In this document: positions 9,490-19,417 of the stretch, piece after piece
Layout of the letters: the number at the start of each line of letters is the position of its first letter
Position numbering within the stretch: the first letter of the stretch is position 1
From: a virus
Lineage: Duplodnaviria > Caudoviricetes
Virus record (IMG/VR): IMGVR_UViG_3300003635_000004
Span: 1-50,477 of that record
Strand: one strand, 5' to 3'
Length of the DNA: 50,477 bases
The notes under the pieces: generated by a model
Database searches by the model: none
What the model saw: the letters and a program-made list of their open reading frames with translations, nothing else
Told to the model about the DNA's origin: nothing
Program-made: the position numbers and the translations under genes

Positions 9490-9990
9490 ATGTCGAGTAA
9501 CAAGATCGTCATGGGCGGCCCGACCGCCACGGAGAAGGAAGGCGAGGCCGCCGAGAGCATCACGCCCGGCCACCTCGTCGAGTACGTGGGCGGCAACCTC
9601 GAACAGTTCCAAAAGCACAGCACGCAGGCCGGCGTCGCTGAGCCGCTGGTCGCGACGAAGGCGCCCTACTCGGGCGATCCGACCAACAGCACCGAAGCGG
9701 TCGAGGATGCCTACGCCAACGGCGACTACATGTTCGTCGCTGGACTGCATCGCTTCAACCGCGTCCTCGGGCTGGTGTTCGGTGGCTCGAACGCGGGCGG
9801 CGCCGGCGCCGACGTGGCGGCGAACGCGAACATCACGGCGGGCGACTTGCTGGTGAGCTACGGCAACGGCGCCGTCCGGAAGTACGACTCCGCGAACGAC
9901 TCGCCCGGCGCCGTGATCGGTGTCGCTCGTGAGGATGTCGACAACTCTGGGTCTGCCAGTCAGGCCCGCCTGGTCTACGAGGTGATCTAG
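9490..9990 (+). CDS. Head decoration/cement protein
   Basis: EGEAAESITPGHLVE..ITAGDLLVSYGNG..VIGVARED; between scaffold and MCP. Confidence 0.65.
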   Translation: MSSNKIVMGGPTATEKEGEAAESITPGHLVEYVGGNLEQFQKHSTQAGVAEPLVATKAPYSGDPTNSTEAVEDAYANGDYMFVAGLHRFNRVLGLVFGGSNAGGAGADVAANANITAGDLLVSYGNGAVRKYDSANDSPGAVIGVAREDVDNSGSASQARLVYEVI

Positions 9991-9991
9991 A

Positions 9992-11032
9992 ATGAGCACG
10001 CAGCAGGTCGGCAGTGCACAGGTGAAGAGTGCGAAGGGGCTGTTCGCGGAAGGCGACGGCGACCGCGGCTTCCAGTACCTCATGGCGTCGGAAGATGAGC
10101 GCGCGGAGCTCATCGCTGACGGCGCCCTCGAGTACGAGGAGTGGAAGGATCTCTCGGACGTCGTCGTCGAGAACCGCAACCAGCAGCTGAACCTCGTGAA
10201 CGACCTTCGCGACGCGGGGCTCACGACCGAGGAGGACCTCGCGACGTGGGTCAGTCGCTGGCAGACGATGGGCGACATCAGCGAGGACGCCGAGATCGGG
10301 ATGAACCCCGAGGGTAACTCCGACGAGGAGGACCCCGGCTACGGCCTGGACGGCGTCCCGCTGCCGTGTATCTGGAAGGACTGGCGGATCGACCGCCGGC
10401 TCCTCATGACGAGCCGCCGTGGCCCCGGCAACGCGCTGGACACGAAGGTGCCGTCGCAGGCAACTCGGGCCGTTGGGAGTACGTTCGAGAAGTACTTCAT
10501 GAACGGCTGGAAGCGGCCGGTCGACGGCTACGAGATGTACGGCTTCCTCAACCACCCCGACCGCAACACGGTCGCGGGATCGAACTGGCACGACGACACG
10601 ACAGACGCCGAAGACATCCGCGACGACACGCTGTCGGCCATCGAGGTCCTCGAGAACGACGAGTTCGACGACGGCGGCTACTGGATGTACGTCAGCCGGA
10701 CGCAGTACCAGCGCCTTCGCCGGATCATCGCGGACTTCGGCTCCGGCAACCCCGGCAACACGAACATGCGCGAGCGGATCCTCGACGAGCTCGCCGACGA
10801 GATCAGTCGCATCCGCGTCACCAAGCACGTCCCCGACGGCGAGGCCGTCGTGTTCCAGCCGACCCGCGACGTCGTCGAGCTGGGCGTGGCCGAGGACATC
10901 CAGCCGATCGAGTGGGAGAGTCCCAGCGGCTGGACGCTCCACATGAAGATCTTCGGCGGCATGAACCTGCAGCTGGCGTCGACCGAAGCCGGGCAGATGG
11001 GCGTCGCTCACATGAGCGGCCTGCACGGGTGA
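9992..11032 (+). CDS. Major capsid protein (HK97 fold, encapsulin/linocin-like type)
   Basis: 346 aa, VPLPCIWKDWRIDRR and YGFLNHPDRN motifs, position in head operon. Confidence 0.85.
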   Translation: MSTQQVGSAQVKSAKGLFAEGDGDRGFQYLMASEDERAELIADGALEYEEWKDLSDVVVENRNQQLNLVNDLRDAGLTTEEDLATWVSRWQTMGDISEDAEIGMNPEGNSDEEDPGYGLDGVPLPCIWKDWRIDRRLLMTSRRGPGNALDTKVPSQATRAVGSTFEKYFMNGWKRPVDGYEMYGFLNHPDRNTVAGSNWHDDTTDAEDIRDDTLSAIEVLENDEFDDGGYWMYVSRTQYQRLRRIIADFGSGNPGNTNMRERILDELADEISRIRVTKHVPDGEAVVFQPTRDVVELGVAEDIQPIEWESPSGWTLHMKIFGGMNLQLASTEAGQMGVAHMSGLHG

Positions 11033-11038
11033 TGAGTC

Positions 11039-11392
11039 ATGAGTGAGTACCGCTTCACCGGCACTCGGCTCGTCCGCGATGGCGGGCAAACGACGATCAC
11101 CCGCGGCGACGTCATCGAACCGACTGAGGCCGAACTCGAGGCGTTCGGCGATCTCTTCGAGCGCGTCGACGAAACCGACACGCTGGACGCGGCGGCTGCG
11201 GACGGCGACGAGTCAGACCCCGAACCGCCGTTCGACCCAACTGAACTCACCGTGGCCTCGGTGCGAAGTAACCTCGACGAGGGCGACTACTCTGCGGCAG
11301 AACTCGACGCGATCGAGGCTGCCGAGCGCGCCGGCGAGGAGCGCTCGACCGCCCTCGACGCCATCGAGGACGCTCGCGCGTCTGAGGAGTGA
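11039..11392 (+). CDS. Hypothetical acidic virion-associated protein
   Basis: In-operon ORF after MCP; ELTVASVR..AERAGEERSTALDAI helical C-terminus. Confidence 0.65.
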   Translation: MSEYRFTGTRLVRDGGQTTITRGDVIEPTEAELEAFGDLFERVDETDTLDAAAADGDESDPEPPFDPTELTVASVRSNLDEGDYSAAELDAIEAAERAGEERSTALDAIEDARASEE

Positions 11393-11400
11393 CCTAACCG

Positions 11401-11796
11401 ATGGCCTACGACTCGGAGTCGGACCTGAAGTATATCGACGGGCTAGCGGCGATGCCGCTTACTGGCCCAGATCCGTTCGACAAGGACGACAAGCTCCAGG
11501 CCGCCGAGTCGGCGGAGTCGCTGCTCGAGGCGCGTGCCAACGACGGGCGTGCGATCACCGACCCCGAGGCACTCCATCGGACTGCCGCGAACGCCTACGC
11601 CTCCTACATCCTCCTGTCTGGCGTCGAGCATCCCAACTCGGCGCAGTCGGGCGACTTCTACAGCGGCTCCAACGAGGACGTCGCGGAAGTCGCCTCGGAG
11701 ATGAAGAACATTTGGGAGGACTCGGTGGCGGCAATCCTCGAAGCCGACCACGACGAGAGCGTCGGGACCGCGAGCATCAACGTCCCTGACATCTGA
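11401..11796 (+). CDS. Putative head-tail adaptor
   Basis: Size and position only. Confidence 0.5.
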   Translation: MAYDSESDLKYIDGLAAMPLTGPDPFDKDDKLQAAESAESLLEARANDGRAITDPEALHRTAANAYASYILLSGVEHPNSAQSGDFYSGSNEDVAEVASEMKNIWEDSVAAILEADHDESVGTASINVPDI

Positions 11797-11798
11797 CG

Positions 11799-12263
11799 GT
11801 GACTCGTATCGATGGCTTCGGCGACGCGGCAGACGAGTTCGCCGACTTCGCCGACAACCTCCGCGAGGCCGCCGCTGGCGTTGATGCCGCCGTCGATGGC
11901 GGGGCCAAGAAGACGAGCGAGCAAGTCGAAGGGACGGCGAAGGAGAAAGTCGCAGTCGAAAGCGGGACCCTCCGCTCGTCGATCTCACACCGCCGCATCG
12001 ACGTTGCGGAGTACGTCGTCGGCACGCCGGTTGACTACGGTCCAGACGTCGAGTTCGGCACCCAACCTCACGTAATCACGCCGAATGACGGCGAGTTCCT
12101 GTACTTCGAAGGTGAGGACGGCCACCTGATCCGCAAGCGGTCCGTGAACCATCCCGGCACGCCTGCCCAGCCGTACCTCCGCCCGGCGCTGCGGGAGCAT
12201 CAGTCGGATCTATCGCGGAACATCGCGGAGGCCATCAACGACCTGCTTCGCAGGGTATTCTGA
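11799..12263 (+). CDS. HK97 gp10-like neck protein
   Basis: VESGTLRSSI..YGPDVEFGT..HPGTPAQPYLRPA motifs. Confidence 0.85.
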   Translation: MTRIDGFGDAADEFADFADNLREAAAGVDAAVDGGAKKTSEQVEGTAKEKVAVESGTLRSSISHRRIDVAEYVVGTPVDYGPDVEFGTQPHVITPNDGEFLYFEGEDGHLIRKRSVNHPGTPAQPYLRPALREHQSDLSRNIAEAINDLLRRVF

Positions 12264-12265
12264 TC

Positions 12266-12868
12266 ATGACACCACAGGAGGTCCTCGACGCAATCGTCGC
12301 GGCGCTGGAGAACTCGTCGCAGTTCTCCGCCGGCGACTACGTCACCCAAGAGATCGACCCCAACGGCGCGGGCAACCGGTACGATCAGCCCATCGTCGAA
12401 CTACAGTTCACGGGCGGCACTCGAGCCGACCAGTGGAATACCGACCTCGTCGGCTACACGACCGACGGAGCTGGCAATCGGACAGGCAAGATCTTCGAGC
12501 CGACATGGGAGGGCGTGGGCATCCAAGCCGATATCTGGGTCGCGGCGGGCAACACGCAGCTCGATGCCACTGACTTAGGGGGTGACCTCGAGCAGGCGTT
12601 GTACCGTCACGACTCTCAAGGCCCGGATGTCTCCCTCCCCGACGGCGCGGGCGGTACGGCTGACGATATCGAGGAATTCCTCGTCGGCGAGGGGCGTCGG
12701 CAGGATGATCTTGCCGGTCCAGGCGTCCGCCGATGGCGCCACGACCTCACCGTCGACTTCACGGATCGCGTGACGACCGAGGCGGAGTACGTCGAGGTCG
12801 TCGACACACCGACCGATGGCGACAGTACGGGCGGCGACGCCGTCGCCATCGAACTAACCGTTTCTTAA
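12266..12868 (+). CDS. Putative tail completion/terminator protein
   Basis: Position between gp10-like gene and sheath. Confidence 0.55.
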   Translation: MTPQEVLDAIVAALENSSQFSAGDYVTQEIDPNGAGNRYDQPIVELQFTGGTRADQWNTDLVGYTTDGAGNRTGKIFEPTWEGVGIQADIWVAAGNTQLDATDLGGDLEQALYRHDSQGPDVSLPDGAGGTADDIEEFLVGEGRRQDDLAGPGVRRWRHDLTVDFTDRVTTEAEYVEVVDTPTDGDSTGGDAVAIELTVS

Positions 12869-12877
12869 CCATACGAC

Positions 12878-14197
12878 ATGACTACGTACGGCAACACGTC
12901 ACGGATCTCCGTAACGACGGAGGGCGGCGGGATTGGGGCGCTGAACCTCGATTCCGTGCAGAAGGTCGTCCTCTTCGCCCGCGGCGATCCCGGCGCAGGC
13001 AGTGCATCGACAAACGACCCGACACGCGTGTCGGGGCCGGGCGAACTCGAATCGACGTTCGGCGCGGACACCGATATCGTGGAGGCATTCCGCGGGGCGG
13101 CTGCGAACGGCGTCTCCTACGACGTCCTCTACGGGGTGATGCCCGCGACTCAGAGCGCCACCGGCGAGGCAGTCGCCGGCGGTAGTGGCACGCTCGGCAA
13201 CACGCCCATCATCGAGGACACCGCTGAGCTCACGGTCACGAACACGACTGCGGGCGCCGACGAAACGCCGGTGTTCCGGTACGAGAGCCCGCCCCAGACG
13301 GGGTCGCTCGCGGACGACGAGGTGGCGATCAACCCGTTCACGGGCGAGGTCGAGGCGGGCGACGCCGACGACTACGAGGTCGACTACAAGTGGCTCGACT
13401 GGCAGTCGGCGTTCGACGCTGCGACGAACGTCGTCCAAGAGCAGGAGGAAGGCCTCTGGTACGTCCGCTCCGAATCGGAGTCGGCCGTGTCGGATGCTAT
13501 CGCGACGGCGACGCCGCTGCGGGAAAACCAGTGGAAGATGGTTCGCGTCGCCGGCGACGCGGAGCCGAACGCCACGCAGTCGGATGGGTCGGCAGAGATC
13601 GATGTCGGGAGCTACTCCGACAATCTCGACGACGACGCGCTGTTCGTCTTCGGGCCGGTCCGACAGGCCAACGCCGCCCATGCTGTGTCGGGCGGTATCG
13701 CGGGGGTGCTCGGTGGCGTCGCGACGACCGAGTCGATCCTCGGGCAGAGTCTGACGGGGTATGGCGACCTCGTCCAGACGCTGAACGTCCCCGATCAGGA
13801 GGATCTGGAAGACGCGGGCGTCATCCCCATCTCGGATGCCGGCGCCCCGAGCATCGAGAGCAACCTCTCGACGTCGACCGAGACGGGGTGGACGCGGTCG
13901 TACTTCGCGCGCCGACTCGCGGACCGACTGATCCTCGCGGCCCGCGCCATTGGCCGGGCGACGCGGGGCGACATCGCGAACGACAACACGACGCGGCTGA
14001 TCGAAGGCCGGCTCGGCGACGAGATTCTCGACCTCGTGGACGATGGCGTCCTCGAGCCCAACTCGCAGGCCGAGACCAACTGGTTCGTCACGGCGAGCGA
14101 GGACCCGGACAACCCGCGCAAGATCAACGTGAGCTTCGGCTTCACGCCGGAGGGCGTCGTCGACACGCTCGACTTCTCCGCCACGATCAACACCTGA
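12878..14197 (+). CDS. Tail sheath protein
   Basis: 439 aa; GELESTFG N-terminal motif, LEDAGVIPI..RRLADRL..INVSFGFTPEG C-terminal sheath pattern. Confidence 0.82.
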   Translation: MTTYGNTSRISVTTEGGGIGALNLDSVQKVVLFARGDPGAGSASTNDPTRVSGPGELESTFGADTDIVEAFRGAAANGVSYDVLYGVMPATQSATGEAVAGGSGTLGNTPIIEDTAELTVTNTTAGADETPVFRYESPPQTGSLADDEVAINPFTGEVEAGDADDYEVDYKWLDWQSAFDAATNVVQEQEEGLWYVRSESESAVSDAIATATPLRENQWKMVRVAGDAEPNATQSDGSAEIDVGSYSDNLDDDALFVFGPVRQANAAHAVSGGIAGVLGGVATTESILGQSLTGYGDLVQTLNVPDQEDLEDAGVIPISDAGAPSIESNLSTSTETGWTRSYFARRLADRLILAARAIGRATRGDIANDNTTRLIEGRLGDEILDLVDDGVLEPNSQAETNWFVTASEDPDNPRKINVSFGFTPEGVVDTLDFSATINT

Positions 14198-14208
14198 GGT
14201 GACCAGAC

Positions 14209-14604
14209 ATGAACAAGAATGAGACCGGCAAGGACGGCGAACTCACCGTCGAGACCGAGAACGGGACGCGTACCGTGCCGTTCACGAACGCCGACTACGA
14301 GATCAGCTACGATATCGCGGAGTCGGAGTTCAACGACTCGATGGAGAAACCGTCTGCGTACACCGGCAAGCGTGCCTCGGGGACGATCGAGGCCGAGGGA
14401 TCGAAGGCCGAGCTGAAGCGGCTCATCATGGACGAACAGGGGATGCCCGTCGAGGACATCCGCATCGAGATCTTCGGGAGCGAAGGCGGCGACCGCTTCA
14501 CCGAGGTCAAGATCGAGTCGTTCGGACGAGAGTTCCCCGGCGGCGACAAGACGACGACGGAGATCCCGTTCCAGGCCGACAAGCACCGGCCGATCAACCT
14601 CTAA
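14209..14604 (+). CDS. Tail tube protein
   Basis: 131 aa beta-rich ORF directly after sheath. Confidence 0.75.
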   Translation: MNKNETGKDGELTVETENGTRTVPFTNADYEISYDIAESEFNDSMEKPSAYTGKRASGTIEAEGSKAELKRLIMDEQGMPVEDIRIEIFGSEGGDRFTEVKIESFGREFPGGDKTTTEIPFQADKHRPINL

Positions 14605-14610
14605 TGATTC

Positions 14611-15114
14611 ATGAGTGACGACGCCCTCGACGTCTACGACGAGATCACGGGTGGCGAGCGGGCCAACGGCACGTTCACGCTCACGCTCGGTGAGGAAGAC
14701 GACGCAAAGGAAATCCAGTGGGACGTAACACCACTCCCGCGGCCGCAAAAGAACGAACTCCTCACACATCTCCCCGACGGTTACTTCGACCCAGTACTCG
14801 ACCTTGAGAAGGTCGATGTCGACGAAGACGAGCTGGAGGCGATGGACAAGGACGAGGTGATGTCGCTGCTGAAAGAGCACGATGTCGACCTCGCGGAGGC
14901 GACGCGGTCGATGCTTCTCGACGAGGAGGGGACTGACGAGGCCATCGACTCGATCGTCGAGAGCTTCGAACACCCGAAGCTCAGCGATCAGAAGACGGAG
15001 GTGCTGGTCCGCTCTTCGAAGTTCCCCGACCCAGCCTTCGAGAACGCCCTACGGACGGTGCTGGAGGTGTCGTCCGCCGACGACGACGTCGTCGAGTTTC
15101 GCTCGGAGAGATAG
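14611..15114 (+). CDS. Tail assembly chaperone
   Basis: Between tube and tape measure; ends VVEFRSER with TTT-CGC slippery motif. Confidence 0.75.
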   Translation: MSDDALDVYDEITGGERANGTFTLTLGEEDDAKEIQWDVTPLPRPQKNELLTHLPDGYFDPVLDLEKVDVDEDELEAMDKDEVMSLLKEHDVDLAEATRSMLLDEEGTDEAIDSIVESFEHPKLSDQKTEVLVRSSKFPDPAFENALRTVLEVSSADDDVVEFRSER

Positions 15115-15262
15115 CGGGCAGGTGCTTCTAGAGAACATCGAAGCGTTCGGCATCGACGGCGTCGACAGCGTCCGCGACCTGACCGAAGCGCAGTACGTTT
15201 TCATGCACGAAGCGCGGCGGACGCGCCGCGACCGAGAATCACCCGAGACAGGAGGCCTCTGA
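15097..15262 (+). CDS. +1 frameshift extension of tail assembly chaperone
   Basis: TTT CGC at 15097-15102; +1 frame FARRDSGQVLLENIEAFGIDGVDSVRDLTEAQYVF... has no own start and ends 3 nt before tape measure ATG. Confidence 0.75.
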
Positions 15263-15265
15263 CTG

Positions 15266-17109
15266 ATGGAAGTAGAGACACTGAAGGCGAAACTCATCGC
15301 CCAGAACCAGCTCAAGACAGAGCTGATCGGGACGGCAGCAGCGGCGGACCGTGTCGAGAGTTCGATGCGCGAGGGCGCGGTCGCCGGGACGGAACTTGCC
15401 GCCGGTATGTCCCTCAGCGAGGACGAGGCCTCGGCGCTCGCACGGAACCTCGGCGACGCGAATTCCGAACTCGCACAGGGCGCGGCCCAAGGCGCGGTCT
15501 ACGCCGAGGGCATGAGCGAAGTCGCCCAAGAGCAGGCGGAGGCCTCGGCGGCGGCGGCAATGCTCCAGCAACAGATCGAACGCGTTGGGGACGAGGCGAC
15601 CCAGAGTGGACTAAAGGCTCGCTTCTTCGGTGAGTCACTCGACGATATCGACGCCGTGGACCTCCGAGCGAACCTCGGTCCGCTGTCCGGGTCCATCGCG
15701 AGTGTCGGGGCGACAGCCGCGGCAGCGACGCCGGCGATCCTCGGCATGGTCTCGGCGGTTGGCGGGCTGTCCGCCGGTGGCATCCTCGCCGGCGCGGGCG
15801 GGGCCGCGCTGTTCGCCGGCGGGATCCAGAAGCGCGCGGAGGATCTCGCAGCCACGACAGAGCGCTTCGAAAATGCCTCTGAGGCATCCGAGGCGATCTG
15901 GACGAACGTGAAAGAACAGATCGATCAGGCGACAGCACCACTCCAGACCGAGCGGTCCGCGCAGTTCGCGACGGAGAACCTCGAGGCGCTCGTCACCCTC
16001 TCGGGGATGGCCGCCGACGAACTCGCGGACGTCCAAGACACGCTGTATCCGTTGCTGTCGGGGCTCCGCGCGTCTGCCCTGCAGGAGGCCCCTGAGTTCT
16101 TTGATGCGCTTGGGGATAGTGTCGAGCGCCTCGAACCGCAACTGCGCGGGTTGGAGTCGGTTATCGAGGCGGCGCCGGACGCAGTCAGGTACTTCACCGA
16201 TGCGGCGGTCCGGCTCGGTCCGGAGCTGACGCACCTCGCGTGGTCGGCAACACGACTCGCCGCCGAGGCTGGTGAATTGGGACTGACCATCGGCGAAGTC
16301 ACACTCCCGCCACTGAATACGTTGCTTGACGTCGCCGCGTGGGGGTTGGATCTGTTCAACAGTCTCCCCGGCCCGATCAAACAGGCAGGCGTGGCGGCGG
16401 CGCTGGCGGCGGGCGGTGTCACTTTGCTGTCGGGGGCGGTCTGGTCGCTCGCAGCAGCCCTGTGGGCGACCGGCATCCCCGAGATCGCGATCCTTGTCGG
16501 CGTCCTTGTCGGGGCGCTGGCCGGGCTGGAAGCGAAGTTCGGGCTCGTGTCCAAATACCTCAATTTGCAAGTCGCCCTCTGGAACGCGTGGGTCGACGTC
16601 GCGGAACTTGCGACCAACCATATCCTCGGCTTGGCGCAGTCAGTCACAGATCTCTTGGGCCCCTTCACGATGCTAATACCGGTGTTCGGGCCGGCGCTAT
16701 ATCTACTCGGGAACCTTGACCGAATCCTCCAGAGCGCTGGCGACGCCGCCGCCTGGCTTGGTGGCTATCTCGGCTGGCGGACAAGTATCTCGGGCCGGTG
16801 CTCGACAAGCTCGACAAGGCGAGCGAGAAATCCGAAGAGGTTGGCGGCGTCAACCTCGAGTTCGCAAAGATCGGCGACGATGGGGATGGGAGTTCGAACA
16901 GCGGATCTGGTGGCGACAGCGGCAACTCTCCACCGTCACCGCCAGCCGCGCCCGGACAGACGGCGGGCGACGGTAGCGGCACGACGGTCGACATGTCGAA
17001 CTCCGAGTTCTACGGCTCCAACAAGAGCGACGTGAAGACGTGGGTCAAGGAAGCTATCGAGGAGTCGAACCGGTCGAGCCGCCGCCGCGAAGACGCGCAG
17101 GGAGGCTAA
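15266..17109 (+). CDS. Tape measure protein, frameshifted near 16775 in this sequence
   Basis: Ala/Leu/Gly-rich helical ORF after chaperone; sense continues in -1 frame LADKYLGPVLDKLDKASEK... to 17109. Confidence 0.8.
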
Positions 17110-17112
17110 CCC

Positions 17113-17478
17113 ATGCCTGATACACGCCCGATCACGCGGTTGGGAGAGATCGTCTTCGAGCGATTCCCACATCCGCCCCTGGACGTGGATGGCGGCACGA
17201 AGACAGCCCGGCACGAGCCGATTGGCGAACCGGACGTCATCGACTACATGGGCCGAGGGGCGAAGTCGTTCACACTCCGCGGCCACTGCCATCCCGAGAC
17301 GGCCACGCAGATCGACGCCCTCTCCGAGCAGAGCGTTCACGAACTCCGTCACTCCCGGTGGAGCGGGCGCGTCCTCGTCGAGGGCCACAACACAGAGTCT
17401 GACGGCGCCTTCCTCGATCCGGAGCAAGGCATCCTCCGCTACACCTACACCATCAACCTCACGGAGATCATCGAGTAA
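17113..17478 (+). CDS. Tail tube initiator (P2 gpU-like)
   Basis: ARHEPIGEPDVIDYMGRGAKSFTLRG..YTINLTE pattern; after tape measure. Confidence 0.7.
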   Translation: MPDTRPITRLGEIVFERFPHPPLDVDGGTKTARHEPIGEPDVIDYMGRGAKSFTLRGHCHPETATQIDALSEQSVHELRHSRWSGRVLVEGHNTESDGAFLDPEQGILRYTYTINLTEIIE

Positions 17479-18437
17479 TGCCGACGCGCCAGCTCACCGC
17501 CGCGGTCGACACACCAGTGGGGACGCTCGTCCCCGCTGATGACGAGGCACTTCGGCTGACGGTCGACCGGCGGAACACAGCAGCCGAACTCACGACGAAG
17601 GGCCTGATCGACACGATCCCTGCCGAGGACGTTCCGGTCCAAGCATCGGTGATGGGTGAGCAGATCTTTGCGGGGACCGCGACGGACACCCAAGAGACTG
17701 GCGACGGTCGTGTCTCGATCACGGCCTACGACGCAGCTCGTGACCTGAAGCGGGCGACGTTGAGCCAGTCCTACACCCAAGCGAGTCTCGCAACGATTGC
17801 CGAGGATGCCTGTCAGCAGGCCGGCATCGACTACGATCTCGATCTCCCACGCGAGACGACGTCAGCCGAGTACCCGGACAAGCGGTGTGACGTCGTCCTG
17901 CAGAAGATGGCGGACCTGGGAAAAGCCGTCTGGGTGGTCGACCCGCAGGGAACCGTCGTCGTCACGCAGGATGTGGGTGGCTTGTCCACCGAGCATCAGC
18001 TTGAGTACGTCCTCGATCACTCCGCCGGCAAGGCCACGCCCGCGTACCAGTCCGTGCGTGTCTACGGCGCGTCGCCGGCGAGTGCGGGGACGTCGAATCG
18101 CTCTGGCGGCCAGTCAGCGATGCACCTGCTGTCCTCGGCGCCGATCACGGCCACGGCTGGAGATGGCGAGCCGAGGTACACGTACACAGACGACGACATT
18201 CGCACCCAACAGCAGGCCCAGAACGTCGCGGATCGCGTCCTGCAGAAACTCCAGACCCAGCGAAAGAGCGGCTGGATCGATATCGTGGGCGACCCGACGA
18301 TCAGGCCGTACGACACCGTGACGATGCCCGATCATCTCGGCGGCGAGTCCTATCTTGTCTCGGGCGTCACGCATCGCCTGAGTGCCGATAACGGCTACAC
18401 CACACGCCTGTCCTGTGGCGGGGTGATCGACACGTGA
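17478..18437 (+). CDS. Baseplate hub protein (gpD/gp27-like)
   Basis: ITAYDAARDL, IVGDPTIRPYDTV, YLVSGVTHRLSADNGYTT motifs. Confidence 0.8.
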   Translation: MPTRQLTAAVDTPVGTLVPADDEALRLTVDRRNTAAELTTKGLIDTIPAEDVPVQASVMGEQIFAGTATDTQETGDGRVSITAYDAARDLKRATLSQSYTQASLATIAEDACQQAGIDYDLDLPRETTSAEYPDKRCDVVLQKMADLGKAVWVVDPQGTVVVTQDVGGLSTEHQLEYVLDHSAGKATPAYQSVRVYGASPASAGTSNRSGGQSAMHLLSSAPITATAGDGEPRYTYTDDDIRTQQQAQNVADRVLQKLQTQRKSGWIDIVGDPTIRPYDTVTMPDHLGGESYLVSGVTHRLSADNGYTTRLSCGGVIDT

Positions 18438-19090
18438 CCACCGAGGACATCGACGACAGCGAACGTGGGCGCATCCTGCAGGTCGTCCGCAGCGAGCTAT
18501 CGATGCTCCGGATCGGGCGCGTGACCACCGTGTGGACACACACCACCGAGACCGACCAGAGCAACCACGAGGTTGACGTCGCGATCCCGCCAGGCGAGTC
18601 CATGCAGGAGCCGGATCGCGTCCCGATCATGCAGTCGACGAGTGGGGCGGCGTACGTCCCCCGAGAGGGCGACCTCGTCCTCGTGGGCTACCTGCAGGGG
18701 AGCGGCGAGCGGCCAGTTGTCCTCGGCGCCGTCTACGGCGACGCCGATGCTGACCGTGCGCCGCTCGCGGATGAGGGCGATGTCCGCATTCACCGCGGCC
18801 AGCTCTACTCTGAACTCGCTGGCGATGGGTCCGTCGCACGGATCGCGAAGAAGCCCGGCGATCAAGACACACCGACGGCCCGCGTCGAGATCGATGACAC
18901 TGGCTCGGTGACCGTCGAAACAGACGGCGACATCACCATCTCAGCAAATGGCGACGTCGTGATCGACGAGGGGGGCGAGGCCAAATCGGTCGCGACGGCT
19001 GACCACACGCACGACTACTCGTGGACGGACGCCGGTGGCAGCGGGATAACCGGCCCGCCGAGCGAGACGACCAGCACGGAGATCGAGTGA
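18434..19090 (+). CDS. Baseplate spike protein (gpV-like)
   Basis: OB-fold PREGDLVLVGYLQGSGERPVVLGAVY and C-terminal HTH (His-x-His) metal-binding tip motif ADHTHDY. Confidence 0.85.
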   Translation: MTTEDIDDSERGRILQVVRSELSMLRIGRVTTVWTHTTETDQSNHEVDVAIPPGESMQEPDRVPIMQSTSGAAYVPREGDLVLVGYLQGSGERPVVLGAVYGDADADRAPLADEGDVRIHRGQLYSELAGDGSVARIAKKPGDQDTPTARVEIDDTGSVTVETDGDITISANGDVVIDEGGEAKSVATADHTHDYSWTDAGGSGITGPPSETTSTEIE

Positions 19091-19096
19091 CAACCC

Positions 19097-19414
19097 ATGC
19101 CCAGTGACTTCGAACTCAGCGAGGACAGAGGTATCGCCACGGAGAACGGGCGATTCGGAACGGTCGATGGCGACGCCTTCGTCCGCCAGCACGTCGCGAT
19201 CGCGGTGTTGGATGTCCTCGCAGAGCAGCAGTACGGCCGCCGGACCGAGGAGCTGATCGAGGACGTAAAACTCGCCCTGCGCCGGCGGTTGGAAAACCAC
19301 GACAATGTTGACAGCCTCGTCAGGATTAGCATCGACCGCGAGGCGCCCCCGCGCGTCCTTCGTGGTGAGATTGTTACCGACGCGGTGTCGGTGCCATTCG
19401 AGGGGTCACTCTAA
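19097..19414 (+). CDS. Baseplate wedge/sheath initiator (gp25/gpW-like)
   Basis: Size and position between spike and J. Confidence 0.6.
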   Translation: MPSDFELSEDRGIATENGRFGTVDGDAFVRQHVAIAVLDVLAEQQYGRRTEELIEDVKLALRRRLENHDNVDSLVRISIDREAPPRVLRGEIVTDAVSVPFEGSL

Positions 19415-19417
19415 CCA

